Shown here: positions 24,601 through 34,958 of the stretch, in pieces
Numbering within the stretch: the first letter of the stretch is position 1
Layout of the letters: every line of letters starts with the position of its first letter
Source of the DNA: Macrostomum lignano
Taxonomy: Eukaryota
Direction: 5' to 3'
DNA length: 64,000 bases
Assembly: GCA_002269645.1 (NCBI GenBank)
Contig: NIVC01002996.1
Span: forward strand, 62,001 to 126,000
Made by a program: the position numbers and the translations under genes
The notes under the pieces: generated by a model
Seen by the model: only the letters and a program-made list of their open reading frames with translations
Database searches by the model: none
What the model was told of the DNA's origin: nothing

Positions 24601-26786
24601 TCAATACTTATAGCAAGTCGGTAAGAGTAAAAAGTTATGACATAATCAATTTCTCAGTCAGCCAGTATCAGTCTCAATTCAAGTTAGCAATATGGTTACG
24701 CAATTTCAATGAAGTCTTGTGTGCGTTTCTGTGGCACTGTTTTCACCTTGTTGTGATGCAATCTTTATCACAATCGTAATTCAGCCAGTCAGTTTTTTCT
24801 CTAGCATTCTTACAATGCATTTCAAGTCAAAAATTTGGCTTGACCTTTGCAAAAAAGCATGTTTTTCGAATATTTAATCCCTTTAACATTGAGCAATTTC
24901 TTAGCCAAGATACATGTACCGTCCCAGGAACATTTCTGATCGAATGGTGCAAGTTTGAAGAAAATCGGTTGAGCCATTTTTTCTGAAATCTATCGCATAG
25001 CTAGTTAGTTACAGACATTTCATTTTTAGTATATAGGATTAGCTCTGATTATAGTGGGTCAAGCTTTGATTATAGTAGGTCAATTAGCTCCGATTATAGT
25101 GGGTCAAGCTTCTGATTATAGTGGGTCAAGCTGTGATTAAAGTGGGTCAATTAGCTCAGATTAAAGTAGGTCAAGCTCTGATAATAGTGAGTCAAGCTCT
25201 GATTATAGTGGGTCAATCTCTGATTATAGTGGGTCAAGCTTTGATTATAGTGGGTCACGCTTTGATTATAGTGGGTCAATCTCTGATTATAGTGGGTCAA
25301 GTTCTGATTACAGTGGGTCAATCTCTGATTATAGTGGGTCAAGTTCTGATTACAGTGGGTCAAGATTCTATATATAGTGGGTCAAGATTCTGATTATAAT
25401 GGGTCAAGCTTCTGAATCTCTGATTACAGTGGGTCAAGCTCAGATTATAGTGGGTCAAGCTTTGATTATAGTGGGTCACGCTTTGATTATAGTAGGTCAA
25501 GCTTTGGTTATAGTAGGTCAAGCTTTGGTTATAGTGGGTCACGCTTTGATTATAGTGGGTCACGATTTGATTATAGTGGGTCAAACTGTGATTATAGTGG
25601 GTCAAGCTGTGATTATAGTGGGTCAAGCTGTGATTATAGTGGGTCAAGCTCTGATTATAGTGTGTCAAGCGCTTATTATAGTGGGTCAAGCTTTGATTAT
25701 AGTGGGTCAAGTTTTTATTATAGTGGGTCACGCTTTGATTATAGTAGGTCAAGCTTTGATTATAGTGGGTCACGCTTTGATTATAGTGGGTCAAGCTGTG
25801 ATTATTGTGGGTCAAGCTTTGATTATAGTGGGTCAATCTCTTATTATAGTGGGTCAAGCTTTGATTATAATGGGTCACGTTTTGATTATAGTGGGTCAGT
25901 CTCTGATTATAGTGGGTCAAGCTTTGATTATAGTGGGTCACGCTTTGATTATAGTGGGTCACGCTTTGATTTTAGTGGGCCAAGCTGTGATTATAGTGGG
26001 TCAAGCTCCGATTATAGTGGTTCAAGTTCTGATATAGTGCGTCAAGCTCTGATTATGGTGGGTCAAGATTCTGATTATAGTGGGTCAAGCTCTGATTATA
26101 GTGGGTCAAGCTGATTACAGCGGGTCAAGATCGAATAACAGTGGGTCAAGTCCTTATCTCAGTGGGTCAGGCTCTAATCACTGTGGGTCAAGCCCGAATA
26201 AGTGGGTCAGGTCCTTATCTCAGTAGGTCAAGTCCTTATCTCAGTGGGTCAAGATCGAATAACAGTGGGTCAAGTCCTTATCTCAGTGGGTCAGGCTCTA
26301 ATCACAGGGGCTCAAGCTTAAGAACTCAATAGATTATTTAAAAAACCAATTCATGAGCTCCCTAACCGTCTCGGGAAGCTGAGCGAACCGACTAAGGCGT
26401 TGCAACGCGTGCGCCACCGCGTCGACGGACTCCTCAGCCGGCAGGAAGCCGCGCAGCCGGCCCAGATCCGGCATGCCGGCCTTGATCTCCTCGTATTTGT
26501 TCGCCGCCGCGATGCCCCCGCTGGCGGTGCCGGCGGCCAACAGCCAGCGCAGCTTCAGCAGGCGGGCGGCGGTGCGGGCGGCCAGCCGCAGGGCGGAGGA
26601 GCCGGCCAGGCCGCGCTGTCCCGGCTGCCTTAGCACTGCCGGCTGCTTCGGCTGACACAGCGGCCGCCTGTTGCCATGGTGATGATGATGAAGAAGTCGG
26701 CATCTCGAAGATGCTGGAAGCGCGAGAGGCACAGTAGGCGAGTGCAGAAGCCAACGGCGAAGGAGACGGCGAGCTGCCAGACTCAT
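15641..26786 (-). CDS. OPA1: OPA1 mitochondrial dynamin-like GTPase, 7 exons: 26786-26367, 21168-21114, 20987-20522, 19949-19550, 19096-18683, 17938-17369 (1-bp frameshift near 17636), 16239-15641
   Basis: Presequence plus [42 protein letters not shown] (G1), MVLVDLPG (G3), TKMD (G4), [26 protein letters not shown]...[10 protein letters not shown]. All introns are GT-AG with consistent phases. Confidence 0.95.
16341..17358. repeat. 19/20/25-bp minisatellite (acagtcacagggggatcagg) in OPA1 intron 6
   Basis: Direct reading. Confidence 0.95.
18006..18232. repeat. 23-bp minisatellite (gaggctgccatccgcccccgatc) in OPA1 intron 5
   Basis: Direct reading. Confidence 0.95.
18250..18670. repeat. Second, unrelated 23-bp minisatellite (gcactcagcaaccgccccagccc) in OPA1 intron 5
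   Basis: Direct reading. Confidence 0.9.
19140..19333. repeat. 20-bp minisatellite (gggagatgtcaggggcggat) in OPA1 intron 4
   Basis: Direct reading. Confidence 0.95.
19405..19568. repeat. 41-bp tandem repeat (4 copies) that includes the OPA1 exon 4 end and its splice donor
   Basis: ctcaccttgtccctctcggccaag starts at 19422, 19463, 19504 and 19545. Confidence 0.95.
19967..20430. repeat. 35/36-bp minisatellite (gggtcatagtgggtcaggtcataccagaccggcatg) in OPA1 intron 3
   Basis: Direct reading. Confidence 0.95.
21285..21561. repeat. Roughly 21-24-bp satellite (gattatagtgggtcaagcttt), left part, interrupted by a Helitron
   Basis: Same unit as 25039-26310; the unit ggtcaa^ttagctct is split by the insertion. 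Confidence 0.9.
21697..22110. repeat. Roughly 18-bp minisatellite (ccccagatagcaagcatc) inside the Helitron
   Basis: Direct reading. Confidence 0.95.
22230..24450. repeat. 21-bp satellite (atgtttgacatggtggctcttta-type), about 100 units, inside the Helitron
   Basis: Direct reading; variant units recur in higher-order blocks. Confidence 0.95.
25039..26310. repeat. 21-bp satellite (gattatagtgggtcaagcttt), right part
   Basis: Direct reading. Confidence 0.95.
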
Positions 26787-26876
26787 GGCATTGGGATTTC
26801 AGGCTGGATGGGGAAGAGAAAATGCGCCACTGTCTCATCTGCCTGCTTATAAGTAGTGGAAGCAAAACGCTTTTCT

Positions 26877-27268
26877 GATCCCTAATGGGATTCTAATGGC
26901 ATGGTTGCCACCTGTCACTACTAGATCCCCTAATGGGATTCTAATGAAATGGTTGCCACCTGTCACTACTAGATCCCCTAATGGGATTCTAATGGCATGG
27001 TTGCCACCTGTCACTACTAGATCCCCTAATGGGATCCTAATTGCATGGTTGCCACCTGTCACTATTAGATCCCCTAATGGGATTCTAACGGCATGGTTGC
27101 CACCTGTCACTACTAGATCCCCTAATGGGATTCTAATGGCATGGTTGCCACCTGTCACTATTAGATCCCCTAATGGGATTCTAACGGCATGGTTGCCACC
27201 TGTCACTATTAGATCCCCTAATGGGATTCTAATGGCATGGTTGCCACCTGTCACTATTCGATCCCCTA
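26877..27268. repeat. 48-bp tandem array (about 8 units) between TTC36 and OPA1
   Basis: cctaatgggattctaatggcatggttgccacctgtcactactagatcc with period 48; reverse complement of the array at 28790-29009. Confidence 0.95.
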
Positions 27269-27759
27269 ACAAAAAGATTGAAAGACAATAAAATCATTCT
27301 TATAATGTGCTGAGAGCAGTAAATATATGATGGCTTGTATTTTCAAAACATGAGCACAGTGAAATCAAGCTAATTGGCAAAATTACACACAGGTGCAAGA
27401 ATCAATAATGCGGGCATTAATATCGCTTTTGAATATCCGATAGTCTGGCAATTATCAGCAGAAATATGAATCATAATAGAAAGTTATCAACTAAAAAATC
27501 GAAAATGACTCGTATAATGAAGTAAAAATGTTAAAACTACTTCTAAGTAGCATCGCAAGTATGCATGAAAACGTATGAAATTGAATATAATGCACAAACC
27601 AAAAGCGCAGATTTATGATCCACAACAATGGCAGATATGCGCGCAAACAGATACTGATAGTGAAAAGCGAATACCTCAGACAAGTATTCTGTATTCTAAC
27701 CACCGAAGCATCAGGCTGAGGATCTCATTCAAAAGATACAGGTCTCATTAGAGTATTAC

Positions 27760-28142
27760 AAAAAGGACACCAGTCTCCCCTGAGTATTTCACTTAGGAGA
27801 TGCCAGTTTCCCCAGAGTATCTTATCCAAGAAACACCTGGCTCATTCCAGTATCCCACATAATATACACCAGTCTCACCAGAGTATCTCACTTAAGACAC
27901 CGGCATCACCAGAGTATCTCATTTAAGAGACACCAGTCTCCCCCCGAGTATCTCACCAAGAGACATCAGTCTCACTAGAGTGTCTTACCCAAGAGACATC
28001 AGTCTCACCGGAGTATCTCACCCAGGAAACACCAGTCTCACCAGAGTATCTCACTACTCAAGAAATGCCAGTCTCACCAGAGTATCTCACCCAAGTGATG
28101 CCACCGAGTATCTCACTTAAGAGACACGAGTCTCACCAGAGT
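27760..28142. repeat. Degenerate roughly 33-bp tandem repeat (caccagtctcaccagagtatctcacttaagaga) just downstream of the TTC36 stop
   Basis: Direct reading. Confidence 0.75.
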
Positions 28143-28251
28143 ATCAAATTAACAAAATAGCAATCTGCCCATTCATTGGCATTTTATGGGTGAAAAGACC
28201 ATAAATTTTGAGTTCATCTATAAGAGCTGGGCAGGCGGTGTCATCGAGCAT

Positions 28252-29177
28252 TCAGCTGCTGCAGTCCTCGGCGGAGTCGGAAGGCCTGCTGAGCTGGCCA
28301 ATGACCTCCCGCAGCATCTGGTTGCACAGGGCCGCATACGGGTTCATCTCCACCAGCATCTGCTTGGCAAACGGCCCGCCCAGTCTGGCGGCCGCTTCAA
28401 AATCTTGCCTGGCCTCGTCGTCGCGACCTTCGGCCCGGCGGATCACGCCGCGCTGCGTCAGCGCCTGGCAGGCCACCCGGCCGGAGCCGCGCGACAGGCG
28501 CAGCGCAGATTCCAAGTCGTCCAGGGCGCCGCGCCGGTCGCCGCGCAGCTGCAGAGCCTGGGCGCGGTTGTTGTAGCCGGAGGCGCGGTGCGGCGTCAGC
28601 GACACGCAGCGGTTCAGAGAGTCCAGCCCGCCCGACAGGTCGCCGCGCTCGATGGCGTGGATCGCCTCCACCTCCAGCTTCTGCGACGGATTTCAAAGTA
28701 TTGGATGAACTCTTATAGCACTAGCGCTGACTGCTACTTCAAGTAGGCTGGTTGGAAAGTTGTGAAAAACTCGACTAGGTACTTTTTATGTGGGATCGAA
28801 TAGTGACAGGTGGCAACCATGCCATTAGAATCCCATTAGGGGATCAAATAGGGACAGGTGGCAACCATGCCATTAGAATCCCATTAGGGGATCGAGTAGG
28901 GACAGGTGGCAACCATGCCATTAGAATCTCATTAGGGGATCGAGTAGGGACAGGTGGCAACCATGCCATTAGGATCCCATTAGGGGATCGAATAGGGACA
29001 GGTGGCAACAATCACCTTAGACTCGGACAGCCGGTCCCGCTCCTCCTCTGTCATGTCCGCAATCTCCAGCTCCGTGTCCGAGAGGGGCTGCCCGGCCGCA
29101 GCCTCGGACTGCTCGTAGGGCATCTCGGGATTAAATACCCGGTTCAGCACCTGCTGGTCGCTGTTGCTTAGAGACAT
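28252..29177 (-). CDS. TTC36: Tetratricopeptide repeat protein 36, 2 exons: 29177-29016 and 28680-28252
   Basis: N-terminal DQQVLNRVFNP; RASGYNNRAQA, QRG...GRDDEARQDFEAAARLGGPFAK, NPYAALCNQML. Phase-0 GT-AG intron. Confidence 0.93.
28790..29009. repeat. 48-bp tandem array (about 4.5 units) in the TTC36 intron, inverted relative to 26877-27268
   Basis: gggatcgaatagtgacaggtggcaaccatgccattagaatcccattag. Confidence 0.95.
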
Positions 29178-29238
29178 TTTTATGACTTCAGTGTTTCCAG
29201 CTGAAAAACAGAATGAGCAGTCGTTGACAGTAGCTCAA

Positions 29239-29433
29239 GCACTTGGCTACCTGAGCAGCAATTACTGAATTGAGCACTTGGCTACCTGAGCAGCAATTAC
29301 TGAATTGAGCACTTGGCTACCTGAGCAGCAATTACTGAATTGAGCACTTGGCTACCTGAGCAGCAATTACTGAATTGAGCACTTGGCTACCTGAGCAGCA
29401 ATTACTGAATTGAGCAATTGGCTACCTGAGCAG
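29239..29433. repeat. 35-bp tandem repeat (about 5.5 units) between NDUFAF8 and TTC36
   Basis: tgagcacttggctacctgagcagcaattactgaat. Confidence 0.95.
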
Positions 29434-29594
29434 TTACATTCACACCTGACAGATCCAGCACACAAAGAATAAAAAGACTATGAAATAATGAGAAAACAGC
29501 ATTAAATAGCCTTTATGTGAACGTGTATTTACAGGCTACTGTTTCGTATAAAGAATATTTCGGTTTCAGATCGAAGCACTAAGGACTACTTGAA

Positions 29595-29846
29595 CTACTT
29601 TTTAGCCTTATCAGCCATGCAGCTCTTGAGCAGGGCGAACTCAGCTGAGCAGACGCCGGGCCGACCGCCGGCGGCCGACGCTGATTCCTCCTGGCGCTGT
29701 ACAACGCAGGCGGCGTAGGCGCGGGCCTCCGGGGTGCAGCGCAACAGCGCAGCGGACATGGCGCGGAGACGGGCGCCAGCCGACTCAATGGAGGCTTTGG
29801 CTGACGCGGTGGAACTGCCCGGCGGCATGAAATGGCGATGCGGCAA
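29595..29846 (-). CDS. NDUFAF8: NDUFAF8-like twin-CX9C mitochondrial complex I assembly factor (the start may be the Met at 29828)
   Basis: RLRAMSAALLRCTPEARAYAACV...CSAEFALLKSCMADKAKK has two CX9C motifs and the NDUFAF8-type pattern RLRA..CG.EA.AY..CV / C..EF..L.SC. Confidence 0.78.
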   Translation of the reverse strand: MPHRHFMPPGSSTASAKASIESAGARLRAMSAALLRCTPEARAYAACVVQRQEESASAAGGRPGVCSAEFALLKSCMADKAKK

Positions 29847-31186
29847 TAAACCTCAACATGGTGAAGACACTGGCAGTCTAGGATGAGGTGAGATCCCAAT
29901 GAATATATGTCAAAGGCACATGCGTCTGCCATAGTCCTGGCTAGTTATGAAAAGTTATGGGAATATGGTAAAAATGTCTAAAATGACAATCAAATATATA
30001 GATATAAATTTTAAAGAAAGATAAACTGCGGTCAATAGGCAGTGGTGGCAGTGGCAGCAAGGCACAGTGCACTTATGAAATACAACATGATATATGTCTT
30101 CAGCCTTCTTATTCTACAAAACATACAATCTGGAAAATGACTACATATGGTAAGTAGGCTAAAAACTATAGTTGGTAAATTTAGTATTTAGTAAAACCTG
30201 CTAACTCTGCAAGCTGACCAGCTCACATGTGAATATGCACAATGTGTTTCTCTCATGTGACTATTCATTTCTGTTTTAGGGGTTTGGTGCCAAATTTTGT
30301 ACTTTTGAAAGTCAATTTCTGTGGTAAAAGACACACAGGCATGACACACTTTTAGGGCAAAATTCAAAATTTAATTTTTAGCTTGGTGCACTTTTAGGGC
30401 TAAGTTTTTGGAAAGTTCCCCCCTTGACAAATGGCTTATTCCAGATAAGATAGACATATTTGGAAAATAGAAAAAAGTCAATATTTTTGCTTGCTATTGC
30501 CTTATCAGCCATTTTTTTGCCAAACGTTTTTATGTGTAATATATACAATCTAAGAATAAATGAATGGTAAAATGTTGGATTAGTATGTTATCAATTGGCA
30601 AAAAGTCATTTTTTGTAAAAAATTGGACATTTTTCAAAGCAAAAGACATCATTAAGTCTATATACCTTTTAAAAACAAATAGAAAGTTGAAAGTTGAAAG
30701 TTGAAACAAACTATAGATAAAATTATAGTACTTGCATCATCCAATAAAAACATTAGTACCTTAAAAGTTAGTGAACTGACAGAAAAAAATGTTACAACTA
30801 TAATGTTACAACCATTTAAGGCTGTTTTTTCTTTTGTATCTTTGTTGCCTTAGTTTATATATTCTAATAAAAGAGCATGATTTCTGTTTCTGATGATTTT
30901 TTAGTCAATTTTTAAAAAATGTATTGCAAAATATCAAAAATGAAAAATGTTATAAGACTTTTTATCTTTTAGTTTCTATATGTGAAAAATCCTATTGTTA
31001 TGACCATAAGTGCTATTCAAGGTTTAATAGCATTTAATAGATATTTATATAAAACTATATAAACATATTCTTGACAAAATAATCTTTTATTTGAAATATT
31101 GGTTTAGTATATTCTATTACTAGATTTTATTTTATAAGTAAAAATAGCCTGTCATGTTATGACTATAATTATATGGAATGGCCCTA

Positions 31187-31330
31187 ATGCAAGCACACAA
31201 AATTCAAGAACATGGGCTAACTTTTTGCTGCGCACCTTCTCAAACAAGAATCAAGTCGCCAGCCCTCCAGACCATTGAGATATTCAACAATTCTGCCAGA
31301 AGGTCAGATTTTTCCCATAAGTGCTAGTAT
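31187..31330 (-). repeat. Decayed copy of the dispersed repeat at about 44064-44210 (probable DNA-transposon remnant); a further piece lies at about 32548-32625
   Basis: The reverse complement aligns almost base for base with 44064-44210; most differences are CpG>TpG/CpA. Confidence 0.8.
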
Positions 31331-31619
31331 ATTCAGTACATCCCTATGTGCCAATCAGCACTGCACCTCAGTTTAGCTTTGCCAAGCCTCCAAATTTCAT
31401 CAGCATGTCAACCATGTGTCTATATTGGCTCTGACTTTGTTGGTCACTAGCCTTCACTTAGGTAGAGTTTCTAGACATTTAACAGGTGGGCACCATGTGA
31501 CTATGGATATCCTGTTGCAAATTTCTATAGTTTTGCTGATCAAGCCTCAACAGTGAGCAAACCAAACTACTAGACATTTTTAGATAGACTCTCAAGTACT
31601 TGGTTGTCATCCTGATACC

Positions 31620-32182
31620 CAGGGGCATAGCCAGGAATGTTCTATGGGGGGTATACCAAGGTGAATTTTCTACGGGGGGATTTTTTTTTATTAGAGGCAG
31701 GGGGGTTGTGTGCACCCTGGCACACTTTAAGCAACATTGGCATACAACCGGCAAGAGGCATTACTGCCCATTCCACCAACTCCCCTGAGCAGGCATACAA
31801 GCGCGCGGATACATACGCAGGCACACACTCACACAGGAATGTACAGTGGCCCTAACTTTATCAATTGTTAGGCATGTACACTTCACTGCGCCTTGGGGGG
31901 TTGGCTCTCAAGGCTGTTAATTGCACGAGCAGAGCCAAGCCGAAATTCCAATTCAGCCCCAAATTAATGTGACTGCACTTGGAATCGAGCCTGGGTCGCT
32001 AGCACACCAGAGCAGCTGCGCTACCGCTGGGCTACGGCTCCCGTTTACGGGGGGATATACCAAGGTAAAAGTGCTATGACAATCACATGGTAGCATGTAT
32101 AGCAACAAAGGGCTACAAAAAAGTTTTGGTCAGCCTCTTCGGGGAGGATACATCCCCATATCTTCCCCTCCCTACACCCTTA
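31620..32182. mobile_element. hAT-like MITE with an 8-bp TSD
   Basis: TSD ctgatacc at 31612-31619 and 32183-32190. Imperfect TIRs caggggcatag / ctacaccctta. Confidence 0.7.
31682..32045 (-). mobile_element. Full-length tRNA-derived SINE (364 bp)
   Basis: A box TAGCCCAGCGG (32034-32024), B box GGCTCGATTCC (31991-31981), AATAAA/A-tail near 31682-31692, and an 11-bp TSD tacggggggat (31671-31681 and 32046-32056). Confidence 0.85.
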
Positions 32183-33091
32183 CTGATACCATTGGCATCT
32201 TCAATAGATGACACTAGCTGACTATGGACACTCTATTGTAAATTTTTTTAGTTTTGCTAATCAAGCCTCAATAGTGAGCAAACCTCAACTGCTAGACATT
32301 CTTATCTAGAATCTCAAGCACTTAGTTGTTATCCTGATACTATTGGCCTCTTAATAGATAGCACTAGCTGACTATGGACACCCTATTGCAAATTTCTCTA
32401 GTTTTTCTAATTAAGCCTTAATAATAGGTAAGCCTAAACTGTTGAACATCCTTAGCTAGACTCTCAAGTACCCAGTTGTTATCTTAACATCATTGGCATC
32501 TTCAATGGATGACACTAGATAACTATGGATACTCGAATAAGCTCTATTGCTCCGTTTCAACATAGCAAAAAATTGTCAAAGGAGGGGAATTCAACCCCCC
32601 TCATTGGTAGTTCTACTGTTAATTTTAACAAATTATATCAATATTATTAAATTGTAATTTAGGAAGAAAATATAAAATTTAATATATCAAATTTATAGCA
32701 ACAGCGATAGTTGTCAATTAAAACAAAATTTGCCTAGAATGTACATATTTATTTACTACTTAGTGTCTACCTCTGGCTCTAAAATGAGACGCATACTATA
32801 TAGACTATATAGAATAATAGAACTATTTGCCTAATTAAATACCAATTAGTAGACAAGTTGTTTTATGGATAAGCTACTAGCAAAGAAGCTTACATGTGTC
32901 CCATACAAAACCATATAGACCCTCATACAATAAAAATACTTAAAAAGAAGTTTTTCTTTTGACAAATTTGGTCAATGGAAATCACCATAATGTAAAATAA
33001 TGAATTGCCGATACTAATGCTGGTAGAGTCGCTCGCTTGGCGAGAAGAATAAATAGAAAGCTTAATATCAACATTTGAATATAATTACAAT

Positions 33092-33149
33092 TTCTAACAA
33101 CTTCAACGCGTTTCGCACGCCATGGTGCATCGTCAGGATTTTATTAGAA
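33092..33149 (-). ncRNA. Minimal type I hammerhead ribozyme (PLE-associated), left-arm copy
   Basis: Reverse complement of 36284-36341. Confidence 0.75.
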
Positions 33150-33433
33150 CGATTTGAGAAATTGAGATTGAAAGCGATTGATTAAATATTGGTTTTTGCA
33201 ACGTACACAGGTAAGGAGGGTAAGATTGAAAACAATTGATTACAACTTGGCTTTAACAACATACATAGGTATAGTAGGTAGGAGAGAGAATTATAGATTG
33301 AGAATGAAAGTTAAACCAAATGTACACAATTCTTGTCCAGTGGTCAAAAGGCAGAATCAGGGGCGGTAGCTAGCTTAGGTAATTGAACGTCAAGCTAAGT
33401 GTACACAGCGTGCACGACTGTGTCACTCACTGT

Positions 33434-34958
33434 TCAGAAAACGCGGAGAACGTGACCTGCACCACTATGTTGTAATTGGGTGTTGAGATTCGGGGTCTGA
33501 GCTTTTATGTGCAGGGCCTCGAGAATTCTAAGTTTGGCGTCAGTATGGCTTTGGTCAATGATTTTAAAGTGTTTTTCTGGTTTGCAGTCATTGCAGTTAG
33601 TGCATTCAAGGAGGTGAGTTTGTATAGCAGATGGTTTGAGCCAGTGTTCCCTGATCCTCGTGTGTAGGTGTCTTTTGGTTTTCCCCACGTAGGAGACGCT
33701 CTGGTCCACAGAGCAGTTAAATTGGTAGACAACACCTGCACGCAGAGTACAAGGAACACGCGACTTTAATCTGCTAACAAAGTTCCCAATCTTGTTCGTG
33801 TGGAAGACGACCCGGATGTTACGATTGAAAGAGGCAAAGAATAACCTACGCATTCTGTTTTTAAAGGCTAGAGATGGAGGTCCGAGGAAGGGGAGACGCA
33901 GAATGGGTTCAAATTCTTCAGTGGTAACAGATTGCTCAGGTTTTTGTTTGGTGATTTTGTCCGAGATGAACTTGTTGATGATTTTTTGGACCAGACAAAC
34001 GGGGTAGTCATTTTGATGGAACAGTCTGGTGAGGAACTGCACCTCCCGGTCAAAGTTGATCCAGGTGTTACAGGTAGTGAAAGCTCTATGGAGCAAACAC
34101 CTCACGAGCCCAGTTTTCCATTGTCTGGGGCAAGTGGCTTGGAAGTTGAGAATGAGATTGGTAAAGCTTTTCTTACGGAAGACTTTTGTGGAGAGGGTTT
34201 CCTTACTGTAGTCAATGTCAATGTCCAGGAAGGGGAGTCTTTGGTCAACAGCATGTTCAACCGTGAATTTTATGTTCTTATGAGTGGAGTTGAGAGCGTG
34301 GAGGAACTGATCAATTTTTTGCTCATGATCAAAGATGGCAAACGTATCGTCGACGTAGCGCCTGTAGAATTTGGGGGCACAGTTGAGAGACATCCAGTTT
34401 TCGGTTTCCCAATGGGCCAAGCAGACGTTCGCCAGAGTGGGGGCCAAGGGGCTTCCCATGGCACAGCCATCAACTTGCCTATAGTATTTATTGTCAAACA
34501 TAAAGATTCCAGAGGTAGCAAAGCCCAGGAGTTTTCTAAAGGACGACTTGGCCATGGTGGGAGGGTTCGTGTTATACACCAATTCAGTGGCATAGTCAAT
34601 GGCCAGATCAAGGGGGATGTTGGTGAAGAGAGAAACAACATCAAAACTACATAGAGAGTCGGATCTGTTGAGCGTAGGGTTGAACTTTTGAAGGTCATTG
34701 AGGAAGTCTTTGTTGGATTTGGACATGAAATTGGAAGGAATGCAGGGCTTGATAAGAGAATCCAGGTACTTGGCAACTTCGTATTCGGCGGTGTTGACCA
34801 TGGAGACAATTGGTCTAAGAGGATTGTCAGGTTTGTGGACTTTACAAACTCCGTAGAGTTGTCCGGGTTGACTGCCACTAGGTAAGATACGCTGATAGAT
34901 GTTTGGTTCGATGTGTTGTTTGATATGGTTGCGGAGGAAATTTTGAAGAGATCGTTCT
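33434..34958 (-). CDS. Penelope-like reverse transcriptase plus GIY-YIG endonuclease, 5'-truncated but without stops
   Basis: PLRPIVS, SFDVVSLFTNIP, GCAMGSPLAP, YRRYVDDTF, LPFLD, YVGKTKRHLHTRIREH, H..C..C..H motif, LRILEALHI. Confidence 0.92.

Larger units (their letters stand above)
21562..25038 (-). mobile_element. Non-autonomous Helitron (3,477 bp) carrying two internal satellites
   Basis: The minus strand starts TC(CTATATACTAAAAATGAAATG) and ends CTAG. A GC hairpin (cccccc-gat-ggggg, 21575-21588) lies about 10 nt from the 3' end. Inserted between A and T with no TSD; no Rep/Hel ORF. Confidence 0.85.
31480..32540. repeat. Diverged roughly 150-bp tandem repeat, interrupted by a MITE
   Basis: ttggcatc/ttggcctc anchors at about 32192, 32343 and 32493; homologous unit at about 31500-31619. 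Confidence 0.7.

Noticed and set aside
10246-26114. Long periodic ORFs over the tandem arrays (e.g. 10246-11187, 12203-13315, 16729-17997, 21558-22113, 25360-26114)
   Set aside because: They arise from stop-free repeat units, are open in several frames and on both strands, and mostly lie in introns or mobile elements.
10345-29433. Regular 20-48-bp repeats as possible CRISPR arrays
   Set aside because: Units are head to tail with no unique spacers, no cas genes are present, and the DNA is eukaryotic.
15641-29846. Very GC-rich coding segments as bacterial contamination or horizontal transfer
   Set aside because: They are spliced metazoan genes with GT-AG introns and consistent phases.
31975-32045. 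tRNA gene
   Set aside because: A and B boxes are present but the acceptor and anticodon stems do not pair; it is the head of a SINE with a tail and TSD.
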